Shown one piece after another: positions 25,919-32,000 of a stretch of DNA of 32,000 bases. The DNA comes from Halogeometricum borinquense DSM 11551 (GTDB lineage Archaea; Halobacteriota; Halobacteria; Halobacteriales; Haloferacaceae), in assembly GCF_000172995.2 (NCBI RefSeq), contig NC_014729.1, forward strand, positions 660,001 to 692,000. The letters are read 5' to 3'. Position 1 is the stretch's first letter. Each line of letters starts with the position of its first letter. A model generated the notes under the pieces. That model worked only from the letters and a program-made list of their open reading frames with translations, had not been told where the DNA came from and ran no database searches. Both the position numbers and the translations under genes were made by a program.

Positions 25919-26498
25919 GTTCGGCGCTGCCGATGAGGCGGACTCGGAGACGAGTGCGCCCGCACTCGTCCTCGTGGACCTGCAAACTGGATTCGACGCG
26001 GACGGCTGGGGCGACCGGAACAATCCCGACGCCGAATCCAACGCCGCACGTCTCCTTGACGCGTGGCGCGAGAGAGACTTCCCCCGCGCCCACGTCCGTC
26101 ACGACTCCACTGAACCGACCTCACCCCTGCGCGGTGACGGTCCGGGATTCGCGTGGAAGCCCGAAACGGCACCCGTGGACGAGGAACCGACGTTCACAAA
26201 GCAGGTGAACTCCGGGTTCATCGGGACCGAGTTAGAGTCGTGGCTCCGCGAGAACGACTGCGAGACGGTCGTTATCGTCGGTCTTACGACTGATCACTGC
26301 ATCTCGACAACGACGCGAATGGCCGAGAATCTCGGCTTTGCTCCGATTGTGGTCTCCGACGCGACGGCGACGTTCGACCGGGAAGGGCCGGACGGCGAAC
26401 GCTACTCGGCCGAGGAGATGCATCGAACCGCACTGGCGCATCTGTACCGCGAATTCGCGGACGTGGCGACGACTGACGACGTTTTGACCCGCCTGTAA
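25911..26498 (+). CDS. cysteine hydrolase / isochorismatase-family protein
   Basis: [11 protein letters not shown] (Asp), FTKQVNSGF (Lys) and [15 protein letters not shown] (Cys) form the family triad pattern. An 8-nt overlap (ATGACTGA) couples it to the upstream YqcI/YcgG gene. Confidence 0.85.
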   Translation: MTEFGAADEADSETSAPALVLVDLQTGFDADGWGDRNNPDAESNAARLLDAWRERDFPRAHVRHDSTEPTSPLRGDGPGFAWKPETAPVDEEPTFTKQVNSGFIGTELESWLRENDCETVVIVGLTTDHCISTTTRMAENLGFAPIVVSDATATFDREGPDGERYSAEEMHRTALAHLYREFADVATTDDVLTRL

Positions 26499-26548
26499 CG
26501 CCACATTCCAGTCGGTGAGTTTACAACTACCGGACGAGAGCGGCGAGT

Positions 26549-26923
26549 ATGGATCGTCGGCTGTATATCGTCAATGCTGTCGTTCTCCTCACCCTCGCTC
26601 TCGCGTATGCCGCCTTCTGGCCGCACACGACCACGATCATCGCTCTCATCGAACTGCTGGTTTTCGGAGCGCTCTGCTATTTCGCCACCGGATTCAGAAT
26701 CTCGATTTCTGTCGGTAGCTGGACTCTACCGTGGTACTCGATCTACGGTATCGGTACCCTCGCTCTTGGCGGTGCACTGCCACTGCTCGTGATGCAGATG
26801 GCCGGTGGTGGTCGCCTCGGCCCGTTTTACATCGTCTTACTACTCATTCTCGAAATTCCGATGGTAGTCGTCGGTGTCAAGTATCTATTCGGAACTCACA
26901 ACACGGGTATCGCCGCAGAATAG
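26549..26923 (+). CDS. small integral membrane protein (4 TM), unknown function
   Basis: The 124-aa product is hydrophobic. A T-run follows downstream (26966-26971). Confidence 0.55.
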   Translation: MDRRLYIVNAVVLLTLALAYAAFWPHTTTIIALIELLVFGALCYFATGFRISISVGSWTLPWYSIYGIGTLALGGALPLLVMQMAGGGRLGPFYIVLLLILEIPMVVVGVKYLFGTHNTGIAAE

Positions 26924-26965
26924 CCGCAACTATCCCTCCGGTGGTATCGAGAACGAACGATTATG

Positions 26966-26974
26966 TTTTTTATC
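26966..26974 (+). promoter_or_regulatory. T-run/TATA-like element TTTTTTATC
   Basis: It is centred about 26 nt upstream of the ATG at 26997. It could also terminate the upstream membrane-protein gene. Confidence 0.35.
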
Positions 26975-26996
26975 TGTGGACTACGCGGTATGTGGT

Positions 26997-27311
26997 ATGG
27001 GTACTCGTGCCTCTGGTGGTGGCGGTGCTTCCTTTCCCGACGTAGTGCCGTTCAACGTGCAGTGTCTCACCCGACTGAGTTGGGAACTCGGCTCTCGAAC
27101 CGTCGCTGACGACGAATCGACGCTTCGGGGCGAGTGGGAACACACGGGCACGTCGTGGACGTTGTCGCACTATCGCGTCACGACCAATACGGACATCGTA
27201 CGCCTCCGAACCCCGGTCGGACGAGAACGGTTCTACGGTGTCGCGCAGATGGATTTAGAGGCGGTGCTTCCGAATCTGGAGAACGCGCCGTACTGGCGGC
27301 GGTGCGAATAG
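26997..27311 (+). CDS. hypothetical protein (104 aa)
   Basis: This uses an internal ATG of ORF 26874..27311, chosen because the upstream part overlaps the preceding gene and a TATA-like element sits about 26 nt upstream. I recognised no motif. Confidence 0.4.
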   Translation: MGTRASGGGGASFPDVVPFNVQCLTRLSWELGSRTVADDESTLRGEWEHTGTSWTLSHYRVTTNTDIVRLRTPVGRERFYGVAQMDLEAVLPNLENAPYWRRCE

Positions 27312-27357
27312 TCGGGGAGACGTCGTCGTGTCCGAGAGGCCGAGGCGTCTCTGTTGA

Positions 27358-27364
27358 TTTTTAA
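27358..27364 (+). promoter_or_regulatory. TATA-like box TTTTTAA
   Basis: It is centred about 27 nt upstream of the ATG at 27388, which fits a leaderless transcript. Confidence 0.35.
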
Positions 27365-27387
27365 CCTTCCGTGGCGAGAGACTACGT

Positions 27388-28314
27388 ATGCAGACGCACG
27401 TCGTCCCCGTCGGGTTCGATTACGACCGACTCATCGCGCCACTCATCCGCGACCAGTTGGACGTCGATCACGTCATCCTCTTGGAGGGGGCAATCGGGAG
27501 TGAGGCGAACGTCGAGTACTCGCAGAACCTCTCGACGAAACTGGAGAAAGACTTTCAGAACCTCCTCGGCGCGGACACCGAACGCGTCGTCATCGAGGAC
27601 GTGTACGATTACGACGCCGCCTTCGAGCAGGCGTACGACCTCATCAACACGGAGTTGGACAAAAGCGACGACACCGAGGTCTGGGTAAACGTCTCCGCGA
27701 TGCCGCGGCCCGTCTCCTTTGCCTTCGCCACCGCCGCTCACTCGGTGATGGTCGAACGGCAGGCGGACAGAGAGCGCATCCACACCTACTACACGGCTCC
27801 CGAGAAGTATCTGGAGACCGAACTCGCAGAAGAGGTGCGCGCGGCGCGCGACTTGCTCGGTGACCTCCTGAACGGCGCGGAGTTGGACGACGACAGAATC
27901 CGCGAGCGGTTCGAGTCGGCCTCTGATCTCCTCGAAGAGTTCGACGAACGCGGGACGACTATCGGCGCGAAACGGATCGGCGACGAACACATCGTTGAAC
28001 TTCCCGTCGCGTCGTTCTCGAACGTCAAGCCGTTCGAGGAGATTATCCTGTTCGAGTTGGGCGAGTACGGCCAGTTCGAGTCCGTCTCCGAGTTGGCCGA
28101 AACGCTCGCCCGAGACATGAACGAGGAGTACACCGACTCCTTCCGGTCGAAAGTCATCTACAACGTTGACCGCCTCGGCCCCGGCGGGAAGGGCTACATC
28201 GAACAGGAAGAACATGGGAAGTCGTACCGAACGCGCCTGTCTCGCATCGGAGAACTGTGGGTGCGTTCGCACGCCGGTGCCGACGCCGACGAACTCTCAC
28301 GCGCCGGGAACTAA
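27388..28314 (+). CDS. Csa3/CARF-like Rossmannoid N-terminal domain + C-terminal winged-HTH protein (haloarchaeal putative transcriptional regulator)
   Basis: The N-terminus MQTHVVPVGFDYDRLIAPLIRD...HVILLEG...VWVNVSAMPRPVSFAF follows the beta-strand/GF/helix layout of Csa3-type CARF domains. The C-terminus ...IILFELGEYGQFESVSELAETLARDM...YNVDRLGPGGKGYIEQEEHGKSYRTRLSRIGELW looks like a wHTH. The call rests on pattern resemblance only. Confidence 0.55.
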   Translation: MQTHVVPVGFDYDRLIAPLIRDQLDVDHVILLEGAIGSEANVEYSQNLSTKLEKDFQNLLGADTERVVIEDVYDYDAAFEQAYDLINTELDKSDDTEVWVNVSAMPRPVSFAFATAAHSVMVERQADRERIHTYYTAPEKYLETELAEEVRAARDLLGDLLNGAELDDDRIRERFESASDLLEEFDERGTTIGAKRIGDEHIVELPVASFSNVKPFEEIILFELGEYGQFESVSELAETLARDMNEEYTDSFRSKVIYNVDRLGPGGKGYIEQEEHGKSYRTRLSRIGELWVRSHAGADADELSRAGN

Positions 28315-28343
28315 CGTTCGCTTCGGTTCTGTCACTCTCTAAT

Positions 28344-28371
28344 TTTCTGCTACTCTGGCTTTCTGCTACTC
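28344..28371. repeat. 12-nt direct repeat TTTCTGCTACTC x2 (period 16) between convergent genes
   Basis: The copies at 28344-28355 and 28360-28371 are identical. Each is followed by (T/A)GG. Confidence 0.7.
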
Positions 28372-28423
28372 AGGCACTCCCAATCGAGTCGGAGTGGGGG
28401 CACCCTCCCGATTCAGCTGTCTC

Positions 28424-29206
28424 TTACTCAGTTTGACGCGGAATGGACCCCGATTCCAGTTTCTTCACGCGCGTCGTGAGCGAGAAGAACGTGGCGACGA
28501 GCGTCAGGACGATAGCCCCCGCCGCGGCGATTTGGAGGACGCTAGACCCGCCGACGATGACACCGTCCGCGAGGGGAATTGATGTGTGGTGGGGGTCACC
28601 GACGATAGGAATGAAATAGTCTACTACGTCGTTGAACCCGTACCAGACGATGGCGACGGCGACGGCGCGGACGGGGAAGTCCGAGATGCGGTGGAGGACG
28701 AACGCCTCGACGACCATGGCGAGGTGGCTGAAGAACAAAAATAGGTACATCGGGAGGGCCGTCTGATCGAGGAACGCATCCGAGAACGCGGTGAGGACGA
28801 ACGGCGTCCACAGGCCGAGCTTCCAGCATCCGAAGAAGGCGAGTGCGTTGACGTACTCGTTCGTCCGGTCGAGTCGCCAGAGGGCGAACGCGCCGGCGAT
28901 AAACAGCGTCGCCATGGGGCTGTCCGGGACGAACGGCCACATGACGACGGGTTCTGATGCAAACTGCCACACGATCAGAGGATCCGACAGCGGCAGCGGA
29001 TGAAATCCGTAGTACCAGAAGCCGAACACCGTCCCAACGAGATTGATTGCGACGACAGTCCAGACGAGGTTGAGACCGACGTTCTCTAACCACTCGGGGA
29101 GGGGGGCGAGCCACCACGGTAGTTGGTCCGCGGGCGGGAGTCCGTCGTCGTCCGCGAGGCGGCGAGCCTCATCGACGAGACGCCGGATTCCGGTGGACGT
29201 GGCCAT
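28424..29206 (-). CDS. DUF1405-like polytopic membrane protein
   Basis: The pattern WWLAPLPEWLENVGLNLVWTVVAINLVGTVFGFWYYGFHP...FVPDSPMATLF... matches my recollection of DUF1405. About 6 TM segments are present. Confidence 0.6.
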   Translation of the reverse strand: MATSTGIRRLVDEARRLADDDGLPPADQLPWWLAPLPEWLENVGLNLVWTVVAINLVGTVFGFWYYGFHPLPLSDPLIVWQFASEPVVMWPFVPDSPMATLFIAGAFALWRLDRTNEYVNALAFFGCWKLGLWTPFVLTAFSDAFLDQTALPMYLFLFFSHLAMVVEAFVLHRISDFPVRAVAVAIVWYGFNDVVDYFIPIVGDPHHTSIPLADGVIVGGSSVLQIAAAGAIVLTLVATFFSLTTRVKKLESGSIPRQTE

Positions 29207-29468
29207 GTGTCAGGCTGGTCCGAGCGGTACAAATCGGTGGCGGTTCCGGGCGTGGACGAGACCCCGTTGGATTCGTTCGATGGTGATTTTGTCAGTGGAT
29301 GAACTTCGGAAGGTTCTCGTTCTCGATGCAGACGCCGCGAGTCTACGGCCACTCGCTGTAAATGGCCGAGTCTGTCGGCGGATGTGTGTGGGTTCAACTG
29401 CGGCTTCGGTCACTATCACAGTGATATCGTCGCGGTCACTTATAAAGCAACCATTGATCTGGTAGAAA

Positions 29469-29963
29469 TCACACGTGGTTTTCGAGAAGCGCAACGAAGT
29501 CTTCGGCATCTGCATCACGTGCGAGGCTGAGGGGGCTGATTTCAGCTTGGTTCTCGTGAGTTGGGTCAGCACCGTGCGTAACGAGCAGATTCGTCAACTC
29601 GTAGTTTCCGTTAGCCACCGCTTTGTGAAGCGGCTGTGCTCCATACATATCTTCAATATCGAGTCTAGCGCCATTTTCGACAAGCATCTCAACGATCTCA
29701 TGATGTCCACGATCAACCGCTTCATGGAGTGGGGTTCTCCCCTGATTGTCCTTGGCATCAAGTTCGATCCCACGCTCAATCAGTTCCGCAGCGAATTCGG
29801 GTTCTCCTGTCCATGCTGCTATGTGCAGTAAGTTACCACCATCTCCAGAACGGTGGTTCAAATCAGCATCCGAAATCAGCTGGTAAAACTGCTCTTTGTT
29901 GTTTTGAATGATTGCGGATTCGATCTCCGTGCTGGTGTATAGCTCGTCATCTTTCTCAGCCAT
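29469..29963 (-). CDS. ankyrin-repeat protein (3 full repeats + capping repeat); candidate immunity protein
   Basis: The repeats are GGNLLHIAAWTGEPEFAAELIERGIELDAKD, NQGRTPLHEAVDRGHHEIVEMLVENGARLDIED and MYGAQPLHKAVANGNYELTNLLVTHGADPTHEN. The ATG at 29963 overlaps the upstream stop by 8 nt (ATGGCTGA). Hand-counted lines give 42-53 % GC. Confidence 0.85.
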   Translation of the reverse strand: MAEKDDELYTSTEIESAIIQNNKEQFYQLISDADLNHRSGDGGNLLHIAAWTGEPEFAAELIERGIELDAKDNQGRTPLHEAVDRGHHEIVEMLVENGARLDIEDMYGAQPLHKAVANGNYELTNLLVTHGADPTHENQAEISPLSLARDADAEDFVALLENHV

Positions 29964-31212
29964 GTTTCTCACCTTCGATATCTCCCCATTTTTGCTTCCA
30001 ATACCTTCCTACTCCTTCATGTCTTCTACCCATATTTTCTCTTGGTGCTTCAGCTTGGTAGTGGTCCGGATTCTGGTACTCTTTCACGAATTCCTCTTCC
30101 GATATAATTCCTTGTTGATAATACTCAAGAAGATATCTGTATTCTCGCTGTTTTTTGTGGCCCATATGCCATTGTTCTCCTCTACCTCTGTCTTTGTCCC
30201 ACGTTAGCACTTCTTCTGTGTTTGGATCTCGAACCTTGTCGTCAATTCCCTCTGATCTTGCTCTGTTCCAGACTTCTTCGACTTGTCCTGGAGCGTACGG
30301 TGGTCGATGATCAATACTGTATTTTTTCTGCTTATACTGTTCTGTGTCTTTTTCGGCGAATCGACCGATATTGTCCCGAGGCTGATCTCTCCACCGCTGA
30401 ATGTGCACATCGGCTTTGTGCATCCGATAGATGCCGAGTTTCCCGCCGCTCATCACCCGCTGGGCCGTCTCTTCGGCTTCCCGTTCGAGACGCTCGTCAG
30501 GATCAATTTCTAATTTCCCTTCTTGCGGGAGCATCGAGACGGCCCCACCTGTTTGCTGTCTCACATGCGCTAACTCGTGAGCGAGCAGGTGTTGACCTTC
30601 TGTTGAAGAAGGGTCGTACTCGCCGTGGTTGAACGCGACATGATTTCCCACCGTGAACGCGCGAGCGTTGATATCCTCACAGGCGTTTGCGGCGCGTGAC
30701 CCAGTATGGATACGCACGTCGTCCAAACTCTCGCCCATGCGCTCTTCCATCGCTTGTTGAATTGAGCTATCGAGTTGCTGGCCTGGCGAAGAAATCACGT
30801 CACGAACCGAATCGGGGACTTGCGCGTTTCCAGATTTCGACGCCTCGTGGTGCGCGCCACGACTGCGCTGGACTGATTTAGCGTTCCGGCGCTCTATGTC
30901 TTTGGGCACTTCGGCAGGACGCTGTTTTTGCCGTTCACGGAATGCACGCATGTCGCGCGGTTTGCCCATCGTGTCCACGGTCATGCCCTCGTCGGCCCAC
31001 TGCTGGACTTGGCCCGCGCCGTGTTGTTTGACAAGACGTTGGACTATCACCTCCAATCCATTCCGATACATGTCCATGCCGAAGCGCTGTTCGCAGCCCT
31101 GTGCGGTCAGCCGTCCACTGCGTTGCCGACGCGAGGAGTCCACGCGGTCCCGCTCGCTAGAAGGAGACCATTGGGTTTTCTTTTGCACCTCGTTCGCGGA
31201 GCGAAATCCCAT
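29956..31212 (-). CDS. polymorphic-toxin-like protein: unknown basic N-terminal region + DUF4157 (HExxH metallopeptidase-like) + C-terminal GH-E/HNH-EndoVII-fold nuclease domain
   Basis: The DUF4157 pattern is QLDSSIQQAMEERMGESLDDVRIHTGSRAANACEDINARAFTVGNHVAFNHGEYDP...GQHLLAHELAHVRQQ. The C-terminal GH-E pattern is VRDPNTEEVLTWD...WHMGHKKQREYRYLL...EYQNPDHYQAEAPRENMGRRHE. The ATG at 31212 is preferred over 31278 because of the TATA box 28-34 nt upstream. Confidence 0.8.
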   Translation of the reverse strand: MGFRSANEVQKKTQWSPSSERDRVDSSRRQRSGRLTAQGCEQRFGMDMYRNGLEVIVQRLVKQHGAGQVQQWADEGMTVDTMGKPRDMRAFRERQKQRPAEVPKDIERRNAKSVQRSRGAHHEASKSGNAQVPDSVRDVISSPGQQLDSSIQQAMEERMGESLDDVRIHTGSRAANACEDINARAFTVGNHVAFNHGEYDPSSTEGQHLLAHELAHVRQQTGGAVSMLPQEGKLEIDPDERLEREAEETAQRVMSGGKLGIYRMHKADVHIQRWRDQPRDNIGRFAEKDTEQYKQKKYSIDHRPPYAPGQVEEVWNRARSEGIDDKVRDPNTEEVLTWDKDRGRGEQWHMGHKKQREYRYLLEYYQQGIISEEEFVKEYQNPDHYQAEAPRENMGRRHEGVGRYWKQKWGDIEGEKHG

Positions 31213-31239
31213 CGTTCGATTTCGCTGACACAACCTTCG

Positions 31240-31246
31240 TATATAA
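31240..31246 (-). promoter_or_regulatory. TATA box (TTATATA on the minus strand) of the toxin/immunity operon
   Basis: It lies 28-34 nt upstream of the ATG at 31212, inside an AT-rich stretch. If 31278 were the start it would fall inside the coding sequence. Confidence 0.45.
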
Positions 31247-31435
31247 TTGTTTGTTGCTGAGATAACATGGGAAAACACAATTTAGATGGACAACAAAATC
31301 GTCCGCCTCGCGGACGCTCAGGACTACATGCTGTCGGAACAGCGGTCGCGGCAGGTGTCACGCGACATATTCGCACCCAAACCGTACTGGTTGGTCTTAA
31401 GTAGGTTGGACCGTAACCATCGGTCATGCCCGAGG

Positions 31436-31999
31436 AGACTGATTTGGAGGAGCTTCGTCGCGGGACGGAACTCGTCAAGCGCGGGTTCGCACAGATGCAG
31501 AAAGGCGGCGTCATCATGGACGTTGTCGATGCCGAACAGGCCCGAATCGCAGAGGAAGCGGGCGCAGTTGCGGTGATGGCGCTGGAAGCCGTCCCGGCCG
31601 ACATCCGCAAGCGCGGCGGCGTCTCCCGCATGGCCGACCCCGAGACGGTCAAAGAGATCATCGACGCTGTCTCCATCCCGGTGATGGGGAAGGCTCGAAT
31701 CGGTCACCACACGGAAGCGCAGATTCTCGAATCCATCGGCGTGGACATGATTGACGAGAGTGAGGTCCTCACGATGGCCGACGACCGCTACCACATCGAC
31801 AAGCGCGACTTCACCGCGCCGTTCGTCTGCGGTGCCCGCAATCTCGGCGAGGCACTCCGCCGCATCAACGAAGGCGCGGCGATGATTCGAACGAAGGGTG
31901 AGGCTGGCACGGGCGACGTGAACCAGGCAGTCCACCACCAGCGCAACATCAAGGGCTCCATCCGCAAACTCCAGGGGATGACCCACCAAGAACGCGAAA
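31436..31999 (+). CDS. pdxS: pyridoxal 5'-phosphate synthase lyase subunit PdxS (5' part; runs off the right window edge)
   Basis: This CDS is not in the supplied ORF track. My manual translation from the ATG at 31436 gives [72 protein letters not shown]...[18 protein letters not shown]..., which is canonical PdxS/SNZ. No stop occurs before nt 32000. Confidence 0.93.
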
Positions 32000-32000
32000 A

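Noticed and set aside
27382-28272. 296-aa minus-strand ORF
   Set aside because: It is antisense to the Csa3-like/wHTH gene. The plus frame has an acidic haloarchaeal composition and a TATA-like element at the right distance. The minus product is V/R/L-rich.
28344-28371. Direct repeats, considered as a possible mini CRISPR array
   Set aside because: There are only two 12-nt copies with a 4-nt spacer. This is far too short and too few for a CRISPR array, and no cas genes are present. It is kept only as a simple repeat.
29390-29400. GGGTTCAACTG resembling a tRNA T-arm, considered as a possible tRNA fragment or att site at the islet edge
   Set aside because: I could not build a complementary T-stem, acceptor stem or anticodon arm around it. 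No full tRNA-like sequence (GGTTCGAATCC/GGTTCAAATCC type or its complement in cloverleaf context) was found anywhere in the window.
29043-29465. Plus ORF of 140 aa, and minus ORFs 29086..29397 and 29210..29572, in or around the 29207-29468 spacer
   Set aside because: All extend into neighbouring well-supported genes in other frames or strands. They are R/S/P-rich, and none has a start with a promoter-like element at a sensible distance.
29475-29831. 118-aa plus-strand ORF antisense to the ankyrin gene, about 32 nt downstream of TTATAAA (29440-29446)
   Set aside because: The minus strand encodes textbook ankyrin repeats. The plus product is hydrophobic/Cys-rich with no motif. An antisense RNA cannot be excluded, but a protein is unlikely.
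31213-31278. Longer start (ATG 31278, MFSHVISATNNY...) for the toxin gene
   Set aside because: The extension would place the TTATATA box (31240-31246) inside the coding region and add an AT-rich, atypical peptide. The ATG at 31212 sits at leaderless distance from that box.
31107-31989. Minus-strand ORFs 31107..31676 and 31324..31989
   Set aside because: They are antisense shadows of pdxS. The pdxS plus-strand translation is unmistakable, although it is absent from the supplied ORF track because it has no stop inside the window.
1-32000. Search by eye for secretion, contractile-injection, integrase, transposase or phage genes that could explain the toxin islet
   Set aside because: None was recognised in any frame of this window. 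The islet therefore cannot be assigned to a known mobile element or delivery system from this sequence alone.

Overview
High-GC haloarchaeal chromosome segment. Hand-counted 60-nt lines mostly give about 57-65 % GC, and the encoded proteins are strongly acidic. Gene order resembles Haloferax-type chromosomes, but I cannot name the organism. Almost the whole window is dense core metabolism. It holds the aIF5A modification cluster (dys, NIF3, agmatinase, aIF5A), an ABC1 kinase, hsp20, a moeA pair, a receiver-HalOD1 regulator, and a siroheme/alternative-heme block (hemA, precorrin-2 dehydrogenase, fused AhbA/AhbB). It also holds a cis-prenyltransferase pair plus a DUF92 membrane protein, archaeal dnaG, a DUF3311/Na-solute symporter/YqcI-YcgG/cysteine-hydrolase operon, a Csa3/CARF-like wHTH protein, a DUF1405 protein and the 5' part of pdxS. 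Many genes have a TATA-like element about 25-30 nt upstream of the ATG, which suggests leaderless transcripts. The clear outlier is a roughly 2-kb lower-GC islet at about 29.4-31.3 kb, between the DUF1405 gene and pdxS. It encodes a 418-aa protein with a DUF4157 (HExxH) domain fused to a C-terminal GH-E/HNH-EndoVII-type nuclease toxin domain. An ankyrin-repeat gene follows with an 8-nt overlap, so this looks like a polymorphic toxin/immunity pair. No export signal and no secretion or injection machinery is visible in the window. I recognised no rRNA, tRNA, CRISPR array, transposase or integrase. The many long R/P/S/G-rich ORFs antisense to real genes are high-GC shadow ORFs. All domain calls rest on motif recognition by eye, not on searches.
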